Of a stretch of 64,000 nucleotides of DNA, positions 28,860-38,609 are shown one piece after another. Position 1 is the first letter of the stretch. The number at the start of each line of letters is the position of its first letter. Source of the stretch: Candidatus Eiseniibacteriota bacterium (GTDB lineage: Bacteria; Eisenbacteria; RBG-16-71-46); the NCBI GenBank assembly GCA_031370785.1, contig JANMQY010000023.1, forward strand, positions 1-64,000. The letters run 5' to 3'. The notes under the pieces were generated by a model that worked only from the letters and a program-made list of their open reading frames with translations, made no database searches and was not told the origin of the DNA. Both the position numbers and the translations under genes were made by a program.

Positions 28860-31210
28860 TGCGCGGCGCGTGGCTCGGTTTCGCCGCGCTGCTGGCGTGC
28901 GCGGCGAGCAACGCCCTCGCGTTCCAGCCCCAGCCGCCGCGCTACACGCGCGAGCAGATGGAGGCGCAGCTCGGCGAGGCGGATCGATTCGTGTTCGTCT
29001 ACGGCACACAGCGCGCAGCCTCGACGTCGATCCTGCGCGAGCGCACCTTCGCGATCGCGCGCCGTCTGTTCGGCGGTGACAGCAGCCAGGTCATGGCGGA
29101 TCGCGACGCCACCGAGGAATCCCTCTCGCACCGCTCGATCCTGCTGGTGGGCGGACCGGACGAGAACCTGTGGACGCGCCGACTCTCCCCGTCGTTGCCG
29201 GTGACCTTCACCGCGCGGGGCTTCCGCTGGTTCGGACGCGACTACGAGCGAGCGCGCGACGTGCTTCACCTGTCGTACCCGAGCCCGCTCGATTCCCGCC
29301 GGTTCGTTCTGCTGATCGTCGCCAACTCGCCGGAAACATTCACCCGCCGTGGCGGTGGATTCTTCTTCGGCGGAGACGACTGGCGAATCGAGCGTGACGG
29401 CGAGGTGGTTCGCTCCGGCCGCTTCGCCCAGAGCGGCGCTCAGCCGTGGCGCTACGATCCGGCGCTGGACCGCGACCGCGAGCGCGAGCGGGCGCGCTTC
29501 GAACAGGACCTGCGCGGCGCGGCCTCGGGAGCGCTGATGGTTCGCGCGCCGGCCGAGCTTGCGGAAGGAGAGGCGGTGCGCGCACGCGTGCGCACGCTGC
29601 TCGCGAGTCTGGATGCGCGCGGGCTGACCGACGCCGCCGGTTCCCGCCCGGCGTCACTCACGCTCTACCGATCGCTCGAACAGAAGGGCCTGATCGCGCG
29701 TAACACCCGGCCCGAACATCTCGAGACGGACGGGTCCGCACATGCTGCTCTGCCCGCCGGGCGAACCGAGCTCGACCTGTGGTCGGTAGCGGCGCAGCGC
29801 CTGGTGAGACTTGGTGCCGCGCACGATTCGCCGCTGCTCGAGCCGGCGGGGGCGTGGCTCACCGGCAGGCTCGAAGGCGAGCCGCTCGAGCGCGCGATCG
29901 CCCGACTCTACTTTGCGCGTCTGCTGCCCACCGCGCGTGCCGCGGCCGTCGCCAACACCACGTGGCGATCGCCACTCATCGACGTGCCGGCGCGCTCGAT
30001 CCTGGTGCGCGCGCTGTTCGAGAGCGCTGGCACCCGCGGCCGGCGCGCGCTGCTCGCAGCCCTGGCTCCCGGGGCCCCGGGAACGCTCGACAGCCTGTGC
30101 CGCAGAGCAGGCGTCGACGCACGGACTCTCGAGCATCGTTACTCCGATCTCGCGGATTCGCTCGCGCGCTCCGGGCAGCGCTCGCTCGCGGGCTGGCAGG
30201 CGCAGCCCTGGCGTCCCCGCGACGGCTTCCAGCGCGGCGTGTGCGTGGCGCACTCGGTGAGCCTCGAGAGAGGCTACCTGTCCGCGGCCTGCGCGCGCGA
30301 GCTGGCCGCGCTCAAGGGCATGGGAGCGAACTGGGTCTCGATCACTCCGTTCGGGTATCTGCCTTCACTGAACACTCCCGAAATCCGCTCGGGCGCGCAG
30401 GGCGGGGTGGACGAGGAGACCGACGAGTCCGTATGCGAAGCCGCCGCGCGGGCCCGGGCGCTCGGGCTCAGGGTGTGGCTGAAACCGCACCTCTGGACAC
30501 GAGGCTGGGTCGGGCAACTGGATTTCGTCGCAGGGGATTGGCCGAGGTTCTTCGAGCAGTACCGGAACTTCGCGCTGCACTACGCGCTGCTCGCCGCACG
30601 CGAGCGCATGGACGGATATTTCGTAGGTCACGAGCTGACCAGCGCCACTCTCGCGTTCCCCGACCGCTTCCGCGCGCTCATCGGTGACGTGCGTCGCGTC
30701 TACCCGGGAACGCTCAGCTACGAGGCGAACTGGGATCGCGAGGTCGAAGGCATCGCGTTCTGGGACGCCCTCGACCTGGTGAGCGTCTCGTTCTACTTTC
30801 CGCTGGCCTCGGCGCCCGACGCGGGCCCGCAGGTGCTGGTCGCGGGAGCGGCGAAGGCGCTCGTCACGCTGCGCGCGATCGCGCAGCGCACGGGCAGGCC
30901 CGTGCTGCTCGGCGAAGTCGGATACGCCCCGGTCGCTTCGGCGCCGGTCAGGCCATGGGAGGAGTCGCGCACCGGCCCCTCGTCGCCCGAGACTCAGCGC
31001 GCGTGCTATGAAGCGGTCGTGCGCGCGCTCGATCCGGTTGACTGGGTGGCGGGCGCGTTCTGGTGGAAGTGGCACACGAGCGACGAGACCGGCGGCGCCA
31101 ACGACCGGTCCTTCACTCCGCGCGGGAAGCCCGCGCAGGCGGTGATGGCGCGCGCGCTTCGCGCTTGGGAAGGCCGGCCGGTGCGCGTACTCAAGGCTGC
31201 AACCCGCTGA
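28859..31210 (+). CDS. Secreted multidomain protein with C-terminal glycoside hydrolase family 113-like TIM barrel
   Basis: Signal peptide; GANWVSITPF, LKPHLW, GHEL, YEANW, FWDALD, LGEVGY, FWWKW; TGATG coupling to the upstream gene. Confidence 0.75.
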   Translation: MRGAWLGFAALLACAASNALAFQPQPPRYTREQMEAQLGEADRFVFVYGTQRAASTSILRERTFAIARRLFGGDSSQVMADRDATEESLSHRSILLVGGPDENLWTRRLSPSLPVTFTARGFRWFGRDYERARDVLHLSYPSPLDSRRFVLLIVANSPETFTRRGGGFFFGGDDWRIERDGEVVRSGRFAQSGAQPWRYDPALDRDRERERARFEQDLRGAASGALMVRAPAELAEGEAVRARVRTLLASLDARGLTDAAGSRPASLTLYRSLEQKGLIARNTRPEHLETDGSAHAALPAGRTELDLWSVAAQRLVRLGAAHDSPLLEPAGAWLTGRLEGEPLERAIARLYFARLLPTARAAAVANTTWRSPLIDVPARSILVRALFESAGTRGRRALLAALAPGAPGTLDSLCRRAGVDARTLEHRYSDLADSLARSGQRSLAGWQAQPWRPRDGFQRGVCVAHSVSLERGYLSAACARELAALKGMGANWVSITPFGYLPSLNTPEIRSGAQGGVDEETDESVCEAAARARALGLRVWLKPHLWTRGWVGQLDFVAGDWPRFFEQYRNFALHYALLAARERMDGYFVGHELTSATLAFPDRFRALIGDVRRVYPGTLSYEANWDREVEGIAFWDALDLVSVSFYFPLASAPDAGPQVLVAGAAKALVTLRAIAQRTGRPVLLGEVGYAPVASAPVRPWEESRTGPSSPETQRACYEAVVRALDPVDWVAGAFWWKWHTSDETGGANDRSFTPRGKPAQAVMARALRAWEGRPVRVLKAATR

Positions 31211-31232
31211 GAGCGGAAACCTGGGAGGAACG

Positions 31233-33674
31233 ATGCGGGGAACTTCGGCAGCATTGCTCGGCGTGGTGCTGCTCTGCGTGCCGCTCGGCTCGAACGCCGC
31301 GGCGCCCGAGGCGCCCTCGACCATCGCGGCGCGCGGCGCGGGCCTCACGCGTCATGACGGGTTCGTGGCGTGGTACTGGGATGAGCGCAAGGGCCAGCTC
31401 TTGATCGAGATCTCGAAGTGGGACGAGCCGTTTCTCTACAGCGCCGGGCTTTCGAGCGGCGCCGGCACGATCGAAGCTTCGCTCGATCGCGGCCAGCTCG
31501 GCGCGCTCGCGCTGTGCCGCTTCCGCCGCGTGGGCCCGCGCGTTCTGCTGATCGAGGATCAGACCGGGCAGCGCAGCGGCGTCGCCGACTCCGAGCGCAG
31601 TCGCGTGATCGCCGAATCGTTTCCGCTCTCGGTTCTCGCCGCGCTACCGATCGTGGCCGAGAGCGGCTCGCGCGTGCTGGTGGATGCGACCGAGTTCCTG
31701 CTGCGTGACACTCAGGTCGCGGCCGAGCTCGACCGTGCGGGCGAGGGTAAGTGGAGCCAGGACCCGGCGCGATCGGCGTTCGCACTCGAGCGCAGCGGCG
31801 CATTCCCGCGCAACACCGAGATCGAGGCGCTGCTCACCTTCTCGTGCGACAAGCCGGCCGCGGACGTGGCCGCCGTGCTGCCCGACGGCCACACCCTGAG
31901 CGTCACCGTGCACCACACCTTCCTCGAGCTGCCAGAGGCCGGCTACACGCCGCGCGCGGCGGATCCACGGGTCGGCTACTTCACCCAGTCGTTTCGCGAC
32001 CACGCCGCGCCGTTCACCGAGCCGCTCGAGCGCGCGCTGATCTGTCGCTGGCGGCTCGAAAAGAAAAGCCCCGAGGCCGCTGTGAGCGAGCCGCGCGAGC
32101 CGATCGTCTTCTACCTCGATCGCGGCATGCCCGAGCCCGAGCGCACGACGGTGCGGGCCGCGGCCCTGTGGTGGAATCGCGCATTCGAGCAGGCCGGGTT
32201 CCGCGACGCGATCGTGATCCGCGATCTGCCGCAGGGCGCCACGTTCCTCGACGCGCGCTACTCCGGCATCCAGTGGACCAGCCGCGCCGAGCGCGCATGG
32301 TCCATCGGTCAGAGTCAGACCGACCCACGCACGGGAGAGATCCTGCACGCGGTGGTGATCCTGGATTCGCACCGCCGCCGCACCACCTCGCGCATCTGGC
32401 AGGATCTGGTCCCGCCTTCGCCGCGGGGCGCGGGTCGCGCGCCGTGTCGTGCGCCCGATGCAGCCGACCCCGCGCTCGACGATCCCAATAGTCCCGAGTC
32501 GACGCTGGTGCTGGCGCGCCTCTCCTACCTCTCGGCGCACGAGGTCGGGCACACGCTCGGGCTCGAGCACAACATGGCCGCCACCACGTTCGGCTGGGGG
32601 TCGGTGATGGACTACCTCGCGCCTCACGTGATGCTGCGCGAGGGACGCTTCGATCTCTCGGACGCCTACCCCCGGGACATCGGGGAGTACGACCGGCTCG
32701 CCATTCGCTGGGGATACACGCCGCACACCGACCCCGCGACCCTCGATCGCATGGTGCGCGAGGCGCAGGCTCGCGGCGTGGTCTACCCGCATCCGAGCGA
32801 CGTGCGCTGGAACGAGTACGACTGGGGCCCGGATCCGGTTCTCTGGCTCCCGGCGACCATGGAGGTGCGCCGCGAGATGTTGCGCCGGTTCGGCATCGGG
32901 CAGCTCAGGGAGGGCGAGCCGGTCTACGACCTGCAGCGCCGCTTCTCGCTCGCCTACCTCTACCACCGATACGCGATCCAGGCGGCGCAACGCGCGATCG
33001 GCGGCCGGTACGTGACCAACGCGCTTGCCGGGGATGGGCAGGTGCCGATCGCCGACGTGCCCGCCGCGAAGCAGCGCGAGGCGCTGGAGCATCTGCTCGA
33101 GGCGCTCGCGCCGTCCGCGCTCATCGTGCCCGCGAACGCCGCGAGCGTGCTGGTGCCCGCGCCCTCGACCATGGAGCCGACTCGCGAGCGCTTCGCCTCC
33201 GAGGCCGGAGACCTGTTCAGCCCGCTCACTGCGGCGCGGGTGCTGGCCGGACTCATCGTGCGTCCGCTTCTCGACCCCGAGCGCGCCGCGCGCCTCACGC
33301 TCGCGGAAGGCGCCGACGCACTCACCCTCGATCGCCTGCTGTCGCGACTGATCGCCGCGACCTGGGGCGTGGGGGGTGGCGCGGAGCGCCCCGAGCTGCG
33401 GACGCTCCGGCACATCGGGCAGCGTGTCACGCTGGATGCGATGCTCGGCCTGGCGGCCCGCACGGACGCGGCACCCGAGGTGCGCGGCGCGGTGCTGGCG
33501 CGGCTCGAAGCGCTGCGCGCCGATCTCGCGCGAAGGAATGCAACCGATCCGGCGACGCGTGCGCACGTGAGGCTTGCGGCGCGCGATCTGGCGGAGTTCC
33601 TCGACCGGCCCGAGACCCGCGCCGCTCGCCCGCCCACGCTACCGGTGCCGCCGGGGCGGCCGATCGGCCACTGA
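31233..33674 (+). CDS. Secreted zinc metalloprotease (metzincin; DUF5117/DUF4953, EcxA-like)
   Basis: Signal peptide, DPRVGYF, DPRTGEIL, HEVGHTLGLEH and Met-turn SVMDY. Confidence 0.88.
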   Translation: MRGTSAALLGVVLLCVPLGSNAAAPEAPSTIAARGAGLTRHDGFVAWYWDERKGQLLIEISKWDEPFLYSAGLSSGAGTIEASLDRGQLGALALCRFRRVGPRVLLIEDQTGQRSGVADSERSRVIAESFPLSVLAALPIVAESGSRVLVDATEFLLRDTQVAAELDRAGEGKWSQDPARSAFALERSGAFPRNTEIEALLTFSCDKPAADVAAVLPDGHTLSVTVHHTFLELPEAGYTPRAADPRVGYFTQSFRDHAAPFTEPLERALICRWRLEKKSPEAAVSEPREPIVFYLDRGMPEPERTTVRAAALWWNRAFEQAGFRDAIVIRDLPQGATFLDARYSGIQWTSRAERAWSIGQSQTDPRTGEILHAVVILDSHRRRTTSRIWQDLVPPSPRGAGRAPCRAPDAADPALDDPNSPESTLVLARLSYLSAHEVGHTLGLEHNMAATTFGWGSVMDYLAPHVMLREGRFDLSDAYPRDIGEYDRLAIRWGYTPHTDPATLDRMVREAQARGVVYPHPSDVRWNEYDWGPDPVLWLPATMEVRREMLRRFGIGQLREGEPVYDLQRRFSLAYLYHRYAIQAAQRAIGGRYVTNALAGDGQVPIADVPAAKQREALEHLLEALAPSALIVPANAASVLVPAPSTMEPTRERFASEAGDLFSPLTAARVLAGLIVRPLLDPERAARLTLAEGADALTLDRLLSRLIAATWGVGGGAERPELRTLRHIGQRVTLDAMLGLAARTDAAPEVRGAVLARLEALRADLARRNATDPATRAHVRLAARDLAEFLDRPETRAARPPTLPVPPGRPIGH

Positions 33675-33677
33675 AGC

Positions 33678-35033
33678 TCAGCTTGCCTTGCGCCGGCCTT
33701 CGATCACGCGCAGCCCACTTGCGCTCGTACGGGCGCGGCGGCGCAGGTCTTCGAACCCGGCGGCGGCGAGCAGCACCACCAGCGGTTCGATCGGCAAGCG
33801 CAGGCGCAACGAGCCCCAGAACACCACGCTGCCGAGCGTGAAGTAGAGGATGGTCAGCAGGGCCAGCGACTGGAACCAGCGTCGCGGGCCGCGCAGCGTG
33901 CGCACGCCGCCCCACAGCGCGAGCGGGAGGATCACCAGCGACCAGAGCAGCAGCGGATCGATCCGGCGGGCAATCGCGGCAAGCGGAGATCCGCTGCGCT
34001 GCCAGCCACCGTTGGCGCCGATCTCGGCGCCGAGCCGCCAGAACCGGCCGAGCTTGGCAAGCGCCATCGCTGGCCACTCGGCGGAGTGAGCGCGCAGGAA
34101 GTCCAGCGCGTGTGCGCGGGCGAGCGCATCGGCCTCGGGTTCGCTCCGGCCGCGGAACTCGCCGGACAGGGTCTCGAGCGCGTATCGGCTGTCCGCGCCG
34201 CCGCGCAGCGCGGGGTCGCCCCACACGATCGGATTGTTGCTGTCGAGCAGCGCACGCCCGCCGCCGGTCGTGACCGGGACGAAAGCGTGCATCACCGCGG
34301 CGTTGCGCAGCGTCCACGGTCCGACCACCAGCGCGACGCCGAGCAGAAGAAGCGCGCACTGCCGGATCCGGTCGCGGGTCGCGACCGTCAGGCCGAGCGG
34401 CGCCCACGCCCAGCCGAGCACCACCAGCGGCAGCAGCAGCGCGGGCGGCCGGGCCAGAGTGGCGAGCCCCCACAGGAGCCCGACGCCGAACGCTCGCCCC
34501 GGACGCGGCGTCTTGATCCACTCGACGCTCGCGAGCAGCGCGGTCACCAGCACCAGGCAGAACAGGGTCTCGGTCAGCAGGTAGCCGCAGAAGAAGATCA
34601 GCAGCGGATGCACCACCGCGAGCCATCCCGCGATGCGCCCGACGTTCCCGCCGAAGACCGCCGCCCCGAGCGAGGCGAGCATCACCGGAGCGAGCGCGCC
34701 GATAAAGCATTGGAAGAGGAGAGCCGCGAAGTACTGATGTCCCGCAACGCGATAGACGAGACTCACCAGCCAGGGGAGGAGCGGCGGCACAAAGGCGGTC
34801 GGATACGCCCCGCTGCCAATCCCGAGGGAGAATCCGGCGCCGCGCGCGAGATTCCACGCCACGGCGTCGTACTCGGCAGGGTCGGAGTACGGGGTGGCGC
34901 CCGGTCCCGAGGCAAGCCAGGCGTAGGCCGCGCGCAGCACGAATGCCACCGCGAACATGAGCAGCCACGGTCCGGCCGCTCCGCCCGAACCGGCGGCGGG
35001 TCTGCGCGGGGTGATGTCGGCACGCTGGATCAT
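33678..35033 (-). CDS. GT-C membrane glycosyltransferase (ArnT/PMT-like)
   Basis: SDPAEY loop motif, PPLLP, LLTETL, PWTLRN, many TM helices. Confidence 0.75.
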   Translation of the reverse strand: MIQRADITPRRPAAGSGGAAGPWLLMFAVAFVLRAAYAWLASGPGATPYSDPAEYDAVAWNLARGAGFSLGIGSGAYPTAFVPPLLPWLVSLVYRVAGHQYFAALLFQCFIGALAPVMLASLGAAVFGGNVGRIAGWLAVVHPLLIFFCGYLLTETLFCLVLVTALLASVEWIKTPRPGRAFGVGLLWGLATLARPPALLLPLVVLGWAWAPLGLTVATRDRIRQCALLLLGVALVVGPWTLRNAAVMHAFVPVTTGGGRALLDSNNPIVWGDPALRGGADSRYALETLSGEFRGRSEPEADALARAHALDFLRAHSAEWPAMALAKLGRFWRLGAEIGANGGWQRSGSPLAAIARRIDPLLLWSLVILPLALWGGVRTLRGPRRWFQSLALLTILYFTLGSVVFWGSLRLRLPIEPLVVLLAAAGFEDLRRRARTSASGLRVIEGRRKAS

Positions 35034-35219
35034 GGTCGCGAAGTGTAGCAGAGGGTCCGCGCGTGTCCGGGCAAGGGCTTCGTGCGGAACCCTGCGCCGG
35101 CCAGGAATCGGCCGGGCTTTCTGCATTTTGCCCGCCCGCGCATCAGGCCTTGCCATGCAGGCGTCGCTGCAACTGCCGCGCCTTCAACAGCCGCACCTGC
35201 ACAGAGCCGCTTCGGATGG

Positions 35220-35235
35220 CGGCAGGACTGTTGCT
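35220..35235 (+). promoter_or_regulatory. Candidate sigma-54 promoter
   Basis: CGGCAGGACTGTTGCT has GG-N10-GC spacing with a TTGCT -12 box, about 110 nt before the gene at 35344. Confidence 0.5.
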
Positions 35236-35343
35236 AGTGGTGGGCTCCGTTTCGCGTGAGTCCTCACGGCATGCGGCAGAAATCCGGCGCGCTGAACGGG
35301 CCGGGAGCGTCGCAAACCTTTCCGAAAGAGGCACGAGCGCAGC

Positions 35344-35868
35344 ATGGACCACTACATTCCCAAGCGCCGGATTCCCGTCACCCTCTGGTCGCACGATCGT
35401 CAGGGATTTCCCTGCCAGATCTTCCTCGACCTCGACGCCGAGGGGCACCGGCATCAGACCGTGCTCGAGAAGCTCTCCGAGTCCAGCAGGTTCCTGCCGG
35501 TCGCGGTGGGCGAGGAGGGTCGCATCCACCTCTTCAACAAGAGCCGGATCCTGCGCGTCACCGCCGGCCGTCAGGTGATCCAGAGCGACGTCTTCGCTCG
35601 CGGCTTCGAGCCGTGGCGCGAGGAGGAATGCGAGTTCACGCAGCTCGACGGCACGACGCTGATGGGGCGGGTGTGGATGCCGCTTCAGCGCGAGACCCAG
35701 CGCCTGTCCGACTTCATGAACGGCACGGGCGGCGGATTCTTCGTGCTGCTGACCGGCTCCGCGGTGCACGTCGTGAACGCCGCGGGCGTGATGGAGATGA
35801 AGCTCTCCGAGAGCGCCGGCATGTCGGTCGCTGCGCAGGACCCGGAAGGCAATCTGCGCATCGCCTAG
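35344..35868 (+). CDS. Hypothetical protein with internal duplication (DUF6812-like)
   Basis: Two similar halves (LEKLSESSRFLPV...HLFNK and LSDFMNGTGGGFFVL...HVVNA); typical codon usage. Confidence 0.65.
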   Translation: MDHYIPKRRIPVTLWSHDRQGFPCQIFLDLDAEGHRHQTVLEKLSESSRFLPVAVGEEGRIHLFNKSRILRVTAGRQVIQSDVFARGFEPWREEECEFTQLDGTTLMGRVWMPLQRETQRLSDFMNGTGGGFFVLLTGSAVHVVNAAGVMEMKLSESAGMSVAAQDPEGNLRIA

Positions 35869-35914
35869 GTCACGCCGCTTGTCTCATCGGCCCTGAACCC
35901 GCTACGGTGCGCAC

Positions 35915-36811
35915 GTGGCGGGTTTTCGAGTGGCATTCGTGCAGGCAAGGCCGCGCTTCGGGCGCACGGCCGAGAATCTCGAGCGCGGGCTGGCGCTGGC
36001 CGATTCGGTCGAGGCCGACCTGGTCGTGCTTCCCGAGCTGTGGTCCTCGGGTTATGTGTTCTCATCGCACGCCGAGGTCGAGGCGCTGGCGGAGGACGCG
36101 ACGCGCGGACCGACCGCGCGCGCACTGAGCGCCGCCGCCCGCCGCCGTCGCCGGCACTACGTGGCCGGGTTCCCCGAGAGCCATCGAGGGCGGTTCTACA
36201 ACAGCGCCCTGCTGGTTGGCCCGACCGGAGTACGCGCGGTCTACCGCAAGCTCCACCTGTTCGAGCGCGAGCAGGTCTGGTTCGAGCCCGGCAACCTGCC
36301 GCTCGCAGTGCACCGCGTGGGGCCGGCGCGGGTCGGGCTGATGATCTGCTTCGACTGGCGTTTTCCGGAAGCGACGCGCGTGCTCGCGCTGCTCGGTGCC
36401 GACCTGATCGCGCATCCCTCGAATCTGGTGTTCCCTCAGGCCCAGCGCGCCATGATCACGCGCTCGATCGAGAACCGCGTGTTCACCGTGACTGCGAACC
36501 GGACCGGAGCGGATGTGCGCCCGGACGGTACGGTGCGCTTCACCGGACGCAGCCAGATCACCGATCCGGCGGGTCACGTGCTGGCCAGTGCCGGCGTGCG
36601 CGCCGAGATCGCGCGCGCCGCGTCCTGCGATCTGGCGGCTGCGCGCGATAAGTCGCTCACCGCCCTGACCGATCTGTGGGCCTCGCGCCGCCCCGAGTTC
36701 TATCGCGCGCTCACGGTTCGCACCGGCGCGAAAGCCGCGCGCCCGTCGCGACGCACAGGCGCACGCGCGACCCGGCGCACGCGCACGCGGAGCGAATCCC
36801 GGCGCACCTGA
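35915..36811 (+). CDS. Nitrilase-superfamily carbon-nitrogen hydrolase
   Basis: Catalytic E-K-C triad: LPEL, YRKLHLF, ICFDWRFPE. Arg-rich C-terminal tail. Confidence 0.92.
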   Translation: MAGFRVAFVQARPRFGRTAENLERGLALADSVEADLVVLPELWSSGYVFSSHAEVEALAEDATRGPTARALSAAARRRRRHYVAGFPESHRGRFYNSALLVGPTGVRAVYRKLHLFEREQVWFEPGNLPLAVHRVGPARVGLMICFDWRFPEATRVLALLGADLIAHPSNLVFPQAQRAMITRSIENRVFTVTANRTGADVRPDGTVRFTGRSQITDPAGHVLASAGVRAEIARAASCDLAAARDKSLTALTDLWASRRPEFYRALTVRTGAKAARPSRRTGARATRRTRTRSESRRT

Positions 36812-36968
36812 AACCGGCTTGCCGGAAGCACGCACTCCGCGGTTGAGTCTCCCGGACTTTCTCCCGTATATTCCTGGGCGTGCCGGGCCGCACTCACCTT
36901 CCCGGCCTCTCCGATAGGCCGCCCCCACCGCGCCTCGCCATTCACGACCTGCCCCGCAAGGAGTGTGT

Positions 36969-38609
36969 GTGGAGAATGCCCGAGCGAATTCGGAGGAGCG
37001 CGCCCGTGCGCTATCGAAGTTCATCGACGAGCTCGTACAGGAGCTCGAACCCATGCAGCGCGAGTTCAACGAGCTGACCTGGCAGGCGAACATCACCGGA
37101 AGCCCCGAGCACGAGCAGGCCAGCGCCAGGCTCGATGCGCAGATCCGCGTGCTGTTCTCGAAGCGCGAACCCTACGAGTTCCTGCGAGGGATCGAGAAGT
37201 CCGGAGACCTCCACGACCCGGCGCTGGCGCGCCAGCTGAAGCTGCTGCTGAATACCTATCGCGCCCATCAGATCCCCCCGGCCACCATCGAGCGCATGGT
37301 GGCGATCGAGAAGTCGCTGGAGAGCCGCTTCAACAACTTCCGCGCGCTGCTCGGGGGCGAGCGCGTCAGCGACAATCACATCCGGCAGGTGCTGCATCGC
37401 TCGGAGGACGTGAGCGAGCGTCGCGCGGCGTGGGAAGCCTCCAAGCAGATTGGCGCCGAAGTGGCCGCCGATCTGATCGAGCTGGTGAAGATCCGCAACG
37501 CGGCGGCGCGGGGCCTGGGCTTCGCGAACTACTACTCGATGGCCCTCACCCTCGATGAGCTCGACGAGGACGAGCTGTTCGAGCTGCTCGACGAGCTGGA
37601 TCGCGGCACGCGCCCGCTGTTCGACCGCTACCGCGCGGACCTGGATGCACGGATCTCGAAGCGCTTCGGAATCTCGCCGCGCGAGGTTCGTCCATGGCAC
37701 ATGAGCGATCCGTTCTTCCAGGAGGCGCCGACTGCCGAGGTGGATCTCGATCCCTTCTTCAACGAGCGCCCGCTCGAGGAGCTGAGCGCAACGTACTTCC
37801 GCTCGATCGGGCTCGAGATCGAGGATCTCCTGAAGCGCGCCGACCTGTACGAGAAGCCGGGCAAGAGCCAGCATGCGTTCTGCCTGCAGGTGGACCGCAA
37901 TCGCGACATCCGCGTGCTATGCAACCTGCGCCCCAACGAGCAGTGGATGAGCACACTGCTCCACGAGCTCGGCCACGCCGTGTACGACCAGCACGTCGAC
38001 CTCGAGCTGCCCTACCTGCTGCGGACCGCTTCGCACACGCTCACCACCGAGGCGAGCGCCATGCTGTTCGGCCGGCTGAGCAAGAACGCCGAGTGGCTGC
38101 ACCGCTACGCTGGCCTCGACCGCGCCCAGGCGACCAGGGCCGGCGAGAAGTTCGCCCGTGCCATCCGCGAGCAGCTGCTGGTGCAGACCCGCTGGTGCCT
38201 GGTGATGTGCCACATGGAGCGCGCGCTGTACCGCGACCCGGATCAGGATCTCGACACGCTGTGGTGGGATCTGGTCGAGCGCTTCCAGAAGGTCTCGCGT
38301 CCCGACGGGCGTCGCGCGCCCGACTGGGCGAGCAAGATCCACTTCAGCGTGGCGCCGGTCTACTACCAGAACTACATGCTCGGCGAGATCATGGCCTCGC
38401 AGCTCCAGCGCCATATCCTGGCTCGTGTGCTCGGCGGCGGCGCCGACGCGTGGGAGCGCTACGTCTCGAGCCCCAAGGTGGGCCAGTTCCTGATCGTGAG
38501 CCTGTTCCGCAGCGGCAAGGCGCTCGACTGGCGCGGCACCATCCGGCAGGCGACCGGCGCGCCGCTTCACACCGATGCGTTCGTGAGCGAGCTGGCGGGG
38601 CTCCACTGA
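36969..38609 (+). CDS. M2/M3-type zinc metallopeptidase
   Basis: HELGH, TEASA, KPGKSQHAFC, YYQNY; SD AAGGAG. Confidence 0.88.
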   Translation: MENARANSEERARALSKFIDELVQELEPMQREFNELTWQANITGSPEHEQASARLDAQIRVLFSKREPYEFLRGIEKSGDLHDPALARQLKLLLNTYRAHQIPPATIERMVAIEKSLESRFNNFRALLGGERVSDNHIRQVLHRSEDVSERRAAWEASKQIGAEVAADLIELVKIRNAAARGLGFANYYSMALTLDELDEDELFELLDELDRGTRPLFDRYRADLDARISKRFGISPREVRPWHMSDPFFQEAPTAEVDLDPFFNERPLEELSATYFRSIGLEIEDLLKRADLYEKPGKSQHAFCLQVDRNRDIRVLCNLRPNEQWMSTLLHELGHAVYDQHVDLELPYLLRTASHTLTTEASAMLFGRLSKNAEWLHRYAGLDRAQATRAGEKFARAIREQLLVQTRWCLVMCHMERALYRDPDQDLDTLWWDLVERFQKVSRPDGRRAPDWASKIHFSVAPVYYQNYMLGEIMASQLQRHILARVLGGGADAWERYVSSPKVGQFLIVSLFRSGKALDWRGTIRQATGAPLHTDAFVSELAGLH

